Positions 1 to 10,094 of a stretch of DNA of 64,000 nucleotides are shown in pieces. Every line of letters starts with the position of its first letter. Within the stretch, counting starts at the first letter, position 1. The stretch is from the NCBI GenBank assembly GCA_963755715.1, contig CAVWLW010000043.1:64001-128000 (forward strand), read 5' to 3'. This DNA comes from an uncultured delta proteobacterium (GTDB taxonomy: Bacteria > Desulfobacterota > Binatia > UBA9968). The translations under genes were made by a program, and so were the position numbers. Below the pieces are notes generated by a model, which did not search any database, was not told the DNA's origin, and was given only the letters and a program-made list of their open reading frames with translations.

Positions 1-117
1 TGGCGATACCCGTGATCGAGCTTTACGTTGGAATGCGGAAAGATTGCAACTTGTCCCTGTTCGCTGGCGACCGTCGCTATCCAGCGTGAACCTCAGTACA
101 GCCGGGTACAGGTTGTC

Positions 118-180
118 GTCTAACGCCCGGCTTGACGCGCGCTCGCTTCGCGGGCGTCGCTGTCCAAGCCGCGGTTAGAG
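118..180 (-). mobile_element. Integron attC recombination site
   Basis: Minus strand reads R'' CTCTAAC, 5-nt spacer CGCGG, L'' CTTGGACA, central stem, L' CGTCAAG, 6-nt spacer CCGGGC, R' GTTAGAC. L'' has one extrahelical base; length 63 bp; begins 4 nt after the stop codon of 185..985. Confidence 0.85.
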
Positions 181-184
181 AGCA

Positions 185-985
185 TCATTTGAGCGGAGCG
201 ACAATAACGCCGCGTAAACCGGCTCTCTCGATCGCGGATTTGACCAGACCCTCGGATTTCGCGTCCTCAATGAACTGGCGCGCGTATGCCACGCCGAGAT
301 CCCGTCCCTTCGGCATCGCCATAGCGTGCGGATCGATGCCGGGCCGACCGTCGAGAACCCGAGAACCAGGCAATTGATTCGACAATTCGAACAGGACTGG
401 CTTGATGCTGCCCATTACATCTGCTTTCCCGGATTTCAGCGCCTCCAATGCACCAGGGTTGCTTGATGCTCGGATCATCACAGCATTTTTTAGCGTGCGA
501 GAAAAAAAGCTATCCGGGCCGGACTTCTCCTGCACGGCAACTCGAATCCCGGGGCGATCCATATCAGCCATTGTTGAGATGGAAGAACCGCCAGGGATGA
601 GGTAGCCGAATTCGACTTCCATGTGCAGCGCGCTGAAATCCCACTCCTTCGCCCGCTCAGGACTAAACCCAACAAAGGCGACGTCCCAAGCGCCGGATTT
701 TCCGCTGTCGAGCAGGGCTCCGACTGATGGGTACATAACCGGCTCAAACGGAACCCCTATACGCCGGGCCAACTCTTTTCCGAGGTCAAATGCTACCCCC
801 TTCATCTCACCCGACGCGGAGTCCTGTATTACGTTCAAGGGATTGCCAAGCTGGAGCGCAACGCGAAGCTTGCCGGTTGGAGCCACAGCCTGTCGCGCTT
901 CCGGTGTAGGGGCGGTATTGATGCCCGCACAGCCCGTAACCAGCAGTCCAAGTATCGCAGTCATCACCCAGTGAGTCGTTCGCAT
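185..985 (-). CDS. Amino-acid-type (PBP2/SBP_bac_3) substrate-binding lipoprotein carried as an integron gene cassette
   Basis: Lipobox LVTGC; motifs PTGKLRVAL, WDVAF, ERAKEWDFS, D(R)PGIRVAV; RBS GGGAGG; bounded by GTTAGAGAGCA upstream and TGCTCTCTAAC downstream. Confidence 0.85.
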   Translation of the reverse strand: MRTTHWVMTAILGLLVTGCAGINTAPTPEARQAVAPTGKLRVALQLGNPLNVIQDSASGEMKGVAFDLGKELARRIGVPFEPVMYPSVGALLDSGKSGAWDVAFVGFSPERAKEWDFSALHMEVEFGYLIPGGSSISTMADMDRPGIRVAVQEKSGPDSFFSRTLKNAVMIRASSNPGALEALKSGKADVMGSIKPVLFELSNQLPGSRVLDGRPGIDPHAMAMPKGRDLGVAYARQFIEDAKSEGLVKSAIERAGLRGVIVAPLK

Positions 986-1013
986 TGTGTCCTCCCTTAA
1001 AGTTACCGTTGCT

Positions 1014-1040
1014 CTCTAACTATTAACTGAGCCGCTTAGG
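1014..1040 (-). mobile_element. attI-like site (5' cassette junction)
   Basis: Minus strand GCGGCTCAGT-TAATA-GTTAGAG: core site with a 5-nt spacer and degenerate L box. No upstream RYYYAAC or fold-back partner, so it is not a complete attC. Confidence 0.55.
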
Positions 1041-1104
1041 CCGCGCCGTTGCTGACCGCCTATCCCGGACCGCTCTACGATCGATTCAAACGGATATCGT
1101 ACGA

Positions 1105-1140
1105 AATATGCCTCTTCTGCAAAAATCCTGTCAAGATTTT
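1105..1140 (-). promoter_or_regulatory. Putative sigma70 promoter (Pc-like) facing the cassette
   Basis: TTGACA (1134-1129), 18 nt, CATATT; the -35 lies inside an AAAATC-N7-GATTTT inverted repeat. Confidence 0.45.
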
Positions 1141-1266
1141 GTGCGTGGGAAATGCCGCCAACTTGGCGGGCTATCCCAATATTGGCCGGCCGCCTAGTTC
1201 TGGTCTGGCTGTCAAAAGCCCAGTACTCAGAGTACGGACAACAATCCGTGACTATTCGTCCTTGAT

Positions 1267-2544
1267 CTAACTCACCACCGTCAGCTCCCACGGATAGCCG
1301 TCGACGCACTCGGGTTCGCCGTCGGTGATGATAAACGTGTGGCCGAAGAAGATGCCGAACATGCCGTCGGCGGTGACGGCGTTGGGCTCGATCACGAGCA
1401 CCATGCCGGGCTGGAGCACCTGCTCGTATTCTTCGGCCTGGAAATGGTCAGTGAAGATGTGCGGCTCGGAGCTGACGAAGTCGATGCCGTGAATATGTAT
1501 GGGGCGAGACTGAACGCCTTTCTGCGCGATAAAATTGCGCGGCTTCGACTAACTCGTTCAGATGATGGCCCGCCCGCGCGACGGCGACCATTTTTTCAAA
1601 GCCGGGCAGCACGATGTCGTCGAAGAAGCGGCGTATCTCTTTCGGCGGCTCGCCGATGCAGACCGGCGAGCCGATCTGCGCGCTGTAGCCGCGGTAACCG
1701 GCGGCAAGCTCCATGATGACGATATCGCCGTTGCTGAGCACGCGGCCCGAAGGACGCGGATTGCCGAAGATCAACGCGGGATTTCTCATCGGCGTGGAGC
1801 CGATAATCGCGAAGTCGACGTCTCCGCCGCCTTCGAGAATGGCGCCGGCTGCGGCGGCTTTGAGCTGGTATTCGGTCACGCCGGGCCGGCAACGGTCTGC
1901 CAGCGCCTCGCAGCGCGTTCTCACAGAGCTTGCCCGCCTTACGGATGCACTGAAGCTCTTCGTCACTTTTCTTGTAGACCAACTCATGCATTAGGCCCGA
2001 CTCGAAACTGAAGCTAGCGTTGGGCAGTGCCTCTCTCAGCGCATTGTACTGGTTGACGGGAAGATAATCGTGAAAGCGCGGGTCGACTTCCAAGATGCCG
2101 ATCTTGCCGCGTTCGAGACCGAGCTCTTTGATGCGCTCGATCATCACTTCCGCGAAGCGTCCGCCGCGCGACTGGCGCACGTCTTTGATGGCGCTTTCTC
2201 TGCGAGTCGCTTCGATGTGCGTGCCGCCCATCGAATAGATCAACGTCGGCTCGCCTTCGAGAGGGAAGACGACGTAATTCGCCATGGCGTGCCATTCCCA
2301 ATGGCCGGAGAGCCAGAGCATGCCACCGCCGAAGCTCCAGTGATTCGGCCCGCCGGGCACGATCACGCAGTCCAGGCCGCGCTCACGCATCTTGGATTTC
2401 AGCGCTTCATAGCGTCGCTGATATTCGCGCATCGGAAAATTTTTCATAGACTGCGTCGCGATAGTACGGCGAATCCACCATGTTGTTGAAGACGCGCCAG
2501 TCGTCGAGCTGATTTTTGATCTCAGCGAATGGGTAAGCCGGCAT
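1267..2544 (-). CDS. M24 (pita-bread fold) creatinase/Xaa-Pro peptidase-like hydrolase, frameshifted
   Basis: Reconstructed from three or more frames: MPAYPFAEIK...EYQRRYEALKSKMRERGLD...KSDEELQCIRKAG...RPGVTEYQL...HGIDF...LQPGMVLVIEPN...PWELTVVS*. Confidence 0.8.
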
Positions 2545-2613
2545 TTGGGTTCTCGCTCTTGCTCTCTCATCCGCGTTCGTGATTTGTGTTCGTCACGATC
2601 ACGAAGCACGATC

Positions 2614-3681
2614 TCAATCCGCACAGCCTTTGATCTTCGTTGGCCCGCCCACGGCTTTCAGCGCCTCCTCTCCCAGCTTGATGTCTACGACACGCTCGTA
2701 ACTAGGCTTTTTCTCCGCTGGGATGTCGCCGTTTTCGATGGCGTTTTCAACGGACCAGTCCGTACGATCTTTTGAGAAGCCGGTGTTTACGCTCCAGACG
2801 CAATTTTTGACCAGGTTGTCATAGGCAAAGCTCACCGCATCCTGCGGCTTTTTCGTTGCGTTGACCATGATGGGAATCACCTTTTCCTTCTGCGTGTAAA
2901 TTATTCTGTTCGCCTCAATCAAGGCGGAAACGGTATCACGCACCAGTGCCCGCTCGCGCGCGAGTTGGCTATCACCGGCACCGTAGGCGTTAAAAAAATA
3001 CTTAGGCATGAGATCGACGAGTTGAGCCAACACGTGCACGCCGGGCTTTTCTTTTTGCGCCAGGTAGACATCTTCGGGGTGGAGCGCGACGCCGTTTAGC
3101 TGGCCCGCGATCAATCCGGGTAGACGGCCGGCCGTGCCCTGGGAGATGAACTGCACGTCTTCGACTTTGAGTCCGGCCGTTTTCAACACTTCGCGGCCCA
3201 TGACCCAATTAAAGCTTCCCACTCCACCGCCGGCTGCGCTGAGACGCTTGCCCTTCAAGTCCACGGCGGTTTTGACGTCTTCACTTACCACGTAAGCTTG
3301 TGGGAGGCGTGGCGCCATGCCCCAAATCTGCTTCGCGGTCATCCCTTGGGCGATGGCGGTGGCATTCATCGACGCCATGGTTCCGCCTTTAGCGACGGCG
3401 ACCAGATTGGTGGCCGAGAGGCCGCCTTCAAATTCAATAATCTCAGCTTCGATGCAGTGGCTTGCGAAAATGCCTAGGTCGCGGGCGACATAAACCGGAG
3501 TGTGAACCACGTTGGGCGGGGCGACAGAGACGCCGAGCTTTACCTTGCGCATTTCTTTACACGCCGGTTTCGGCTGTGCGGCAGCCATTTGCACCCCGAA
3601 CGGGAGGATGCAAAGGACCAGTGCTCCGATGCCCGCAAGGCTCATCGAGCCGTTAGCCTTTACCATGCTGTGATTTCTCAT
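2614..3681 (-). CDS. ABC transporter substrate-binding protein (NMT1/THI5/SsuA-like)
   Basis: Signal peptide; PVYVARDLGIF, DLKGKRL; RBS GAGGAGG. Confidence 0.85.
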   Translation of the reverse strand: MRNHSMVKANGSMSLAGIGALVLCILPFGVQMAAAQPKPACKEMRKVKLGVSVAPPNVVHTPVYVARDLGIFASHCIEAEIIEFEGGLSATNLVAVAKGGTMASMNATAIAQGMTAKQIWGMAPRLPQAYVVSEDVKTAVDLKGKRLSAAGGGVGSFNWVMGREVLKTAGLKVEDVQFISQGTAGRLPGLIAGQLNGVALHPEDVYLAQKEKPGVHVLAQLVDLMPKYFFNAYGAGDSQLARERALVRDTVSALIEANRIIYTQKEKVIPIMVNATKKPQDAVSFAYDNLVKNCVWSVNTGFSKDRTDWSVENAIENGDIPAEKKPSYERVVDIKLGEEALKAVGGPTKIKGCAD

Positions 3682-3702
3682 CGTCTGCCTCCTCTTTTTT
3701 AA

Positions 3703-4586
3703 TCATTCTCTTCCGGCGTGATGCATCCAAGGCGTGACGCGCCGTTCGATGACGCGCAGCAATCCCGTCAGGGTAATGCCGAGAACACCCAGCGTGACTA
3801 TCGGCACAAACATCGCGTCCGTGCGGTAAATGCTCGCATAGCGGGAAATAAGATAACCAATGCCGGTGATCGCGGTGTAGAGATCGGCGAGCACCATGCC
3901 GATCAGTCCGCGGCCGATGGACAAGCCTCAGACCGGCACGATGAAAGGCACCGCCGCGGGCAAGACAATGTGAATCCAGAGCTGGCGCTCGCTGCAGCGA
4001 AAGGCGCGTCCGACTTCGGTGAGACGGTTGCATCGACATTTTTTACGCCTTGATGGGTGTTGATGACAATCGGAAAAAAGGTGAAAAGAAAAACCACGGC
4101 GATCTTGGCGGTGATCTCAAAGCCGAACCACAGGACCAATACCGGGACAGAGCGACGGATGGGATCGAATAGAGCGCCGTAATGTAGGTATCGAGCGCGA
4201 CATCAACGACCCAAAAGCGCGCCATGATGAGTCCCAGGGCGATGCCGAAAACCGTCGCCAAACCGAGACCGGCGAACAGTACGATGAGACTCTGGGAAAG
4301 ATATTTCCACAGTTCGCCGCTGGCGATCATTTTGGCGGCTGCGGCTGGCGACGGCGGTCGGATAGGTAAATAAAATGGGATTGATATTTCGGCCCAAATA
4401 TTCCCAGGCGCTCAGCACGACGGCGAGAGAAACGACGCGGATCGCGATCTGGCCGCCGTCCACTGTCGCTGTTGGACAGCGTTTGCCCGTTCCCGGGCCG
4501 CTCGTTGTTCGGCGCTGACCTCAGGATCTGATAGCCGGCGGTGCAGCGCGGGCTGACGCTGTACTCTCCGCCTGTGTGACGCTCAT
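3703..4586 (-). CDS. ABC transporter permease (SsuC/TauC-like), frameshifted
   Basis: Fragments GELWKYLSQSL, ALYSIPSVAL, FFPIVINTHQGVKNVD, GIGYLI lie in different frames. Confidence 0.8.
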
Positions 4587-5357
4587 AGACCTCCTCGACG
4601 ACTGTAGGGCGCAGCTCCTCCCAAATATAATTGCGCAATTCGGTGTAGTGCGCATGAGACGCGCACAGCGGCCGGGTCGCGCGGCCGTTTAAAATCGACC
4701 GGCAAGATCTCCTTCACTCGGCCCGGCCGGGACGCCATGACTGCCACGCGGTCCCCCAACACAATCGCCTCGTCGATCGAGTGGGTAATGAAAAGCATGG
4801 TCTTGCGTTCGCGCTCGTGGAGCTGGAGAATTCCTCTTGAAGCACCTCGCGCGTCTGGGCATCCACCGAGGCGAAGGGCTCGTCCATCAGTAGAATCTCA
4901 GGGTCGATCGCGAGGGCGCGCGCCAGGCCGACGCGCTGCTGCATGCCGCCGCTGAGCTGGTAGGGATAATGAGTTTCGAATCCGGTCAAGACCGACCAGC
5001 TTGATGTAGACGGACGGTTCGCTCTTTGATCAGCTGGCGTGGTGCCCCGCGATCTGAGCCCGAAGGCGACATTTTCGGCGACAGTCTTCCACGGCAATAG
5101 GCCAAATGTTGGAAGACGATAGCGATGCCCTCGCGCGGTCGAACTTACCGGCTGGCCGTCGATCAGAATCCGTCCTGACTCGAGCGCAGAAGACCGCCGA
5201 TGCATCGCAGTAAAGTCGTCTTGCCGCAGCCGGAAGGGCCGACCACGCAGAGAACTTCTTTGCTTTTTATTTGCAGATCGACATTGCGAAAGGCGACGAC
5301 CGATCCTTCGAGGAAGAGCTTACTGGCGCGATCGACAATGATCTTTACGTCGGGCAT
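4583..5357 (-). CDS. ABC transporter ATP-binding protein (SsuB/TauB-like), frameshifted
   Basis: Walker [35 protein letters not shown] across several frames. Confidence 0.85.
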
Positions 5358-5397
5358 AGAAAGAGGTTAACGCGTATCTCAGTTGGACAATGCCAGC

Positions 5398-6396
5398 TCA
5401 TTTCGCTTCCGGTATCTCGATTTTGCCGACGCGCTTGATGGCGTCCGCCAGCATTTTTGCGTCTTTGTCCCAGAACTTTTGAAATTCCGGCGCGTCGAGA
5501 TAGGCGATCGGCGTCTCGAGCTTTTCCATGGCCGTTTTGAATTCGGTACTGCTCACCGCCTGTTTCACGGATTCGCGGATGGTTTTCATCACCGCCGCCG
5601 GGGTTCCGCGCGGCGCAAACAGCCCGGCCCAGATGTAAAACTCGATGTCGTATCCAAGTTCCTTGAACGTAGCGACATCCGGCAGGGAAGCGACTCTTTT
5701 GGCGCCCCAGCCGGCGAGCGGCCTCAGCTTTCCTGCCTTAATGTGCGGGATCACCACCGCGGGTCCGGAGGCGAGGGTGTCGACGTGACCCCCGAGGAGC
5801 GCTGTGAGCGCGGGACCCGCTCCCGAGTAAGGAACATGCTTGAGATTGATTCCGGCGCCATGAGTGAGCATCTCCATCGCCATGTGCAGGGTGCCATACA
5901 CGCCGGAGGAAGAATAGGATATTTCTCCCGGCCGCTTCTTGGCGTCATCGACAAACTCCTTCACGCTTTTCCACGGTCGGCTCGCGTTGACGACGAAGAT
6001 CGTCGGATCGGCGGAGATTAGCGCGATGGGAATGAGCTGGTCCATGGTGTAGGCGGGCTTGCGGTCGAAGAGCTTGTCCGCTTCCGGAATAATCGAGATG
6101 CTCGAAAGAGCCATGAGCAAATTGTAGCCGTCGGGTTTGCTGTTGGCGACAAAGGACATGCCCACCGCGCCCGCTGCGCCGGTCTTGTTCACTACGACAA
6201 CGGGATTTTTCAGGACCTTCTCCAGAGCGGCCGCCACGGGACGCGCGGTAAGATCGGCAACTCCGCCGGGAGGAAAAGGCGCGACGATGGTAACCGGACG
6301 GTCCGGGTATTTTTCTTGCGCGGAAACTGTCACCGCCAGGACGAGCAAAATCATCAAAGGGAGTAAAAGAAAATATCGTCGGTATGAGCGCATCAT
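5398..6396 (-). CDS. tctC: Tripartite tricarboxylate transporter substrate-binding protein (Bug/TctC)
   Basis: YPDRPVTIVAPFPPGGVAD, KPDGY, HVPYSGAGPALTALLGG. Confidence 0.9.
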   Translation of the reverse strand: MMRSYRRYFLLLPLMILLVLAVTVSAQEKYPDRPVTIVAPFPPGGVADLTARPVAAALEKVLKNPVVVVNKTGAAGAVGMSFVANSKPDGYNLLMALSSISIIPEADKLFDRKPAYTMDQLIPIALISADPTIFVVNASRPWKSVKEFVDDAKKRPGEISYSSSGVYGTLHMAMEMLTHGAGINLKHVPYSGAGPALTALLGGHVDTLASGPAVVIPHIKAGKLRPLAGWGAKRVASLPDVATFKELGYDIEFYIWAGLFAPRGTPAAVMKTIRESVKQAVSSTEFKTAMEKLETPIAYLDAPEFQKFWDKDAKMLADAIKRVGKIEIPEAK

Positions 6397-6417
6397 TCAC
6401 CTCCGATGGTCGGTCTG

Positions 6418-7953
6418 TCAAAGCTTTTCTGCCTCACTTGTGGCGTCTATTCCGAGCTTCTGCCGCCAATCAAGGGTTTTCCTGAGGAACGGCAGGAGGC
6501 TGAGCAGCAGGAGCACAAATCCACAAAACAGCATCACCGACGCGATCGGCCGATTGACGAAGATCGCGTAGCTCCCCGAGGACATGGCCAGCGATTGGCG
6601 AAAGCTCATCTCCAGCATCGGCGCGAGTATGAGCCCCAATACTACCGGCGCGGTCTCGAAGTCAAACTTGCGAAGCAAATAGCCGAGCGCGCCCATCGCA
6701 GTCATGATGCCGACGTCGACGGCACTGCCATTGACCGCGTAAACACCGAGAACGCAAAACATCAGGATCGCGGGATAGAGTAACGGGTAAGGCACTCGCA
6801 ATATATTGACGAAGAGTCCCACCAGGGGAAGGTTGAAGATCAACAGCATCACGTTACCGACGTACATGCTGGCGATAAAACCCCAGAAAAGCTCAGGCTG
6901 CTGAGAGATCAGCAGCGGCCCAGGCGAAATTCCATGCACCATCATGGCGGCGATCATCACCGCGGGTATCGGTCCGGAAGGAAGACCGAGAGCGAGCATG
7001 GGAACAAAGGCGCCGGACGTGGCGGAGTTATTAGCCGACTCGGGGCCGGCGACGCCTTCGATGGCGCCGTGTCCGAAGCGCTCCGGGTGTTTGGCAAGAC
7101 GTCGCTCCACGGCGTAGGAAACGAACGATGCGATGATATGAGCGGAGCCGGGAATGATGCCGATGAAGAAGCCGAGCACCGTTCCTCGCCCGATCGGCCA
7201 GATCGAGTCGCGCCATTCCTCGGCCGAGGGAAGGAGGTCTTTCAGTTTGGGCTTTTTGACTTCAGGGGCAGTGGGTTGACCCGCGGTCAGCAGAATTTCA
7301 GAGAGACCGAACAGTCCCACGGCCACCGGAACGACGCCGATACCGTCACCCAGTTCGACCAAGCCATAGCTAAAGCGAAAGAAGCCCGTCATCGGATCGA
7401 TGCCGATCATGCCCAGGAGAAGCCCCAGTGCCGCCATCGCGAGAGACTTGAGCATGGAACCGCCGCTCATATAGGCGAGCACTAGTAGGCCGAGCATGAG
7501 AAGGGCGAAATACTCGGGCGGTCCGAAGCGAAGCGCGAAGTTGGCTAAAGGCGGAGCCAGCAGCATGAGGCCAACGATGCTGACCGTCCCGGCGACATAG
7601 GAGCCAATGGCGGCAATCGCCAGCGCAGGTCCGGCGCGGCCTTTGCGCGTCATCTCGTATCCGTCGATGCAAGTCATGACGGATGCCGCTTCGCCGGGAA
7701 TCCGCATCAGGATTGAAGTGGTCGAACCGCCGTACATCGCGCCATAGTAGATGCCGGCGAGGAGTACGATCGCCGAGGTAGCGTCAAGACCGAAAGAAGC
7801 GGGAAGCAGCAAGCTGATGCCGGCGAGCGGACCGATGCCCGGCAAGACGCCGACCAGAGTGCCGACAATACAGCCGACAAAGGCGTAGAGGAGGACGCTA
7901 GGCGCAAGCGCCACTGAAAAACCGATGTAAAGATTGTGCAACGTTTCGGTCAT
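6418..7953 (-). CDS. tctA: Tripartite tricarboxylate transporter large permease
   Basis: [31 protein letters not shown]; start placed at MTETLHN. Confidence 0.92.
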   Translation of the reverse strand: MTETLHNLYIGFSVALAPSVLLYAFVGCIVGTLVGVLPGIGPLAGISLLLPASFGLDATSAIVLLAGIYYGAMYGGSTTSILMRIPGEAASVMTCIDGYEMTRKGRAGPALAIAAIGSYVAGTVSIVGLMLLAPPLANFALRFGPPEYFALLMLGLLVLAYMSGGSMLKSLAMAALGLLLGMIGIDPMTGFFRFSYGLVELGDGIGVVPVAVGLFGLSEILLTAGQPTAPEVKKPKLKDLLPSAEEWRDSIWPIGRGTVLGFFIGIIPGSAHIIASFVSYAVERRLAKHPERFGHGAIEGVAGPESANNSATSGAFVPMLALGLPSGPIPAVMIAAMMVHGISPGPLLISQQPELFWGFIASMYVGNVMLLIFNLPLVGLFVNILRVPYPLLYPAILMFCVLGVYAVNGSAVDVGIMTAMGALGYLLRKFDFETAPVVLGLILAPMLEMSFRQSLAMSSGSYAIFVNRPIASVMLFCGFVLLLLSLLPFLRKTLDWRQKLGIDATSEAEKL

Positions 7954-7970
7954 GGATGCCGAAGAGAGTT

Positions 7971-8015
7971 GAGGATTGACGATCGAGGATCGAAGATGGC
8001 AAATCGCGGATTGAA
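7971..8015. repeat. Degenerate heptamer tandem repeat
   Basis: GAGGATT GACGATC GAGGATC GAAGATG GCAAATC GCGGATT. Confidence 0.55.
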
Positions 8016-8108
8016 CATATCGATGCTTAATGTTCCCTTTCGGAGATGCTTGAAATCCCTCGCCCCTTCGACGCTGCTCAGGGCATGCTGCAGGCAAAGT
8101 GAAAGTTC

Positions 8109-8192
8109 GTCATGCCGGTGAAAACCGGCATCCAGGTTCGTTTTTGGCTCAAGTTCAACACCCGCCTGGATTCCGGCGTGCGCCGGAAAGAC
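8109..8192. repeat. REP-like palindromic element (GTCAT...GAC type)
   Basis: GTCATGCCGG-TGAAAA-CCGGCATCCAGG ... CCTGGATTCCGGC-GTGC-GCCGGAAAGAC. Confidence 0.7.
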
Positions 8193-8270
8193 AGAAAAAC
8201 AGTCGACTTTCAGTCGACCACGCCAGAATCCTCGGCTTGTAGCTCAGGGTCGTTGAGTCGTCCGTACTCA

Positions 8271-8298
8271 ATCCTCCATTCTCCATCCTCGGTTCTTC
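8271..8298. repeat. Degenerate heptamer tandem repeat (inverse of 7971-8015)
   Basis: ATCCTCC ATTCTCC ATCCTCG GTTCTTC. Confidence 0.5.
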
Positions 8299-8737
8299 AA
8301 AATCCCCACGGTCCTTGCGGCAGGGGCACCCGCAAGGTGGTGTAGAAAAGGAAGTACGAACCGAAAGCCAAGCTAGAGGCGAATACCAGCGACAACGCCC
8401 AGCCGCGTTTCTCCACGACTTTGAGGAGAAAGCCGAGCATGAGGAGCACGGTGAGACGATAGCCGAGACGCTCAATGGCAAAGACAGCGAAGACGCACGC
8501 GGCCAAAATCGCCAAGGCATGGCGCCACTCCGTCCAGCGAAGTGATGATAGCGAGGGTGCACGCCCAGCGGTGAATATGAGGAGAACTCCAAAGATCAGA
8601 AGTAGCGAGGCCAAAAGAACGGGAACGTATGCTGGTCCGGGTTGGCGAAAAGTTCCGAGCGGAAGATGACGGCTCTCCAAAATCACGAGCAGCGCAAATA
8701 GCACGAGGATGCTCGCAGAAATCCGGTCGCGTGTCAT
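8297..8737 (-). CDS. tctB: Tripartite tricarboxylate transporter small permease
   Basis: Four TM helices; PGPAYVP, ERLGY, LRVPLPQG. Confidence 0.88.
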   Translation of the reverse strand: MTRDRISASILVLFALLVILESRHLPLGTFRQPGPAYVPVLLASLLLIFGVLLIFTAGRAPSLSSLRWTEWRHALAILAACVFAVFAIERLGYRLTVLLMLGFLLKVVEKRGWALSLVFASSLAFGSYFLFYTTLRVPLPQGPWGF

Positions 8738-8810
8738 CGTGAGGATAGATTGTGACAAGTTGGCGGCGAGGCCGCCAGAACATCTCTCGAATCTCTTAAC
8801 AACTCCGCAT

Positions 8811-9963
8811 TTATCGGCCCCACAACTCTTTGCTCGCAAGCCGCGCGCCTTCGGCCATGGCTTCGAATTTCGCCCAGCAGATTTGTGGGCTGCCGACCCT
8901 CGGGCCGAGGCCGCAATCGGTGCCGGCCATGACGTTTTCGCGCCCGACGATTTTGGCGTAGCGCACGAGGCGGTCGGCGATCGCTTGCGGATGTTCGACG
9001 ATGTCCGTGGCGTGGCCGACGACGCCGGGGACGAGCACTTTGCCTGCGGGCAACTTCACTTCTTCCCAAACGCGCCACTCGTGTTCGTGGCGCGGGATTG
9101 GCCGCTTCGATGGAAATCGTGTTGCGCTTTAACTTTAAGATCAGGTCGATGATATCGCGCAGCGGGATGTCATATTTGTGAGGGCCATGATAGCTGCCCC
9201 AACAGGTGTGAAAGCGCACCCGGTCCGGCGGGATGTCACGTAAGCCGTGATTGAGCGCGTCGACGCGCAGAGCGGCATACTTGCGATATTCCGGGACGCT
9301 CATTTTCGACATGAACTGCCAGCCGTCGGGCAGATCGGGGTCGTCGATTTGCAGCAAAAAGCCGGCGTCGACGATCGCTTTGTATTCCTCGTGCATAGCG
9401 TCGGTAATGGCGACCAAGTAGGCTTCATCATTCGGATAGTAATCGTTCTTCATCCAGTGTTCGATGGTGCCGGGTGCAATGGCGGGAAGAAAAGCTTCTT
9501 CGTAAGTCTGGCCTTGCAGGCTCGCTTTGAAATCCTCGATTTCCGCTTTCAGCGATTCGTGGCCGACATACTTGAGCGGCGCGTTGCAGAAAACTCGCCT
9601 CAGGTTGTCGCCACGATGATAAGTCCGACTATGAAAATAATCGCTGAACTCGGTTAGATCGCGCGCATATATCGTCGAAGGAAGATCTTCGGGCTTTACT
9701 TCTCGTTCGCTAAAGCCGCTCAGCCGTTCGCGCGCGTAGCGGGAGAAATTGGACTTACCCACCTCGCCGTCGTTTATAACATCGAGGCCGCAAGTGATTT
9801 GCTTCTTGACGATGTCGGCGACCGCGCCGCGTACCCGTTTACCAAAGGCGTCCTTGTCGACGGGCTTTCCCGCGATCTGCGCGTTATGCATTTCTTTCAA
9901 ATCTGGTGGTTGCGGCAGCGCGCCGGCATGGGTGGTTAGAATGCGATCGGTGCTGTATTTCAT
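8811..9963 (-). CDS. Cobalamin-independent methionine synthase II family (single-domain MetE-like) Zn enzyme; frameshift near 9090
   Basis: ILTTHAGALP, DVINDGE, LQIDDP, Zn ligands HTCWG and TDCGLG. Confidence 0.85.
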
Positions 9964-9987
9964 AGTGCCTCCCTTGAATTACGGTTT

Positions 9988-10067
9988 TGTCATTTCGAGG
10001 CGAAGCGGAGAAATCTTTCTGCGACCGAAGAAAAAACTTAGATCCCTCACTTTTGTTCGGGATGACA
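9988..10067. repeat. REP-like palindromic element
   Basis: TGTCATTTCGAG...GAGAAATCT ... AGATCCCTC...TTCGGGATGACA. Confidence 0.65.
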
Positions 10068-10094
10068 GTCTGCAACTTCCGGTCGCTTATCGCT

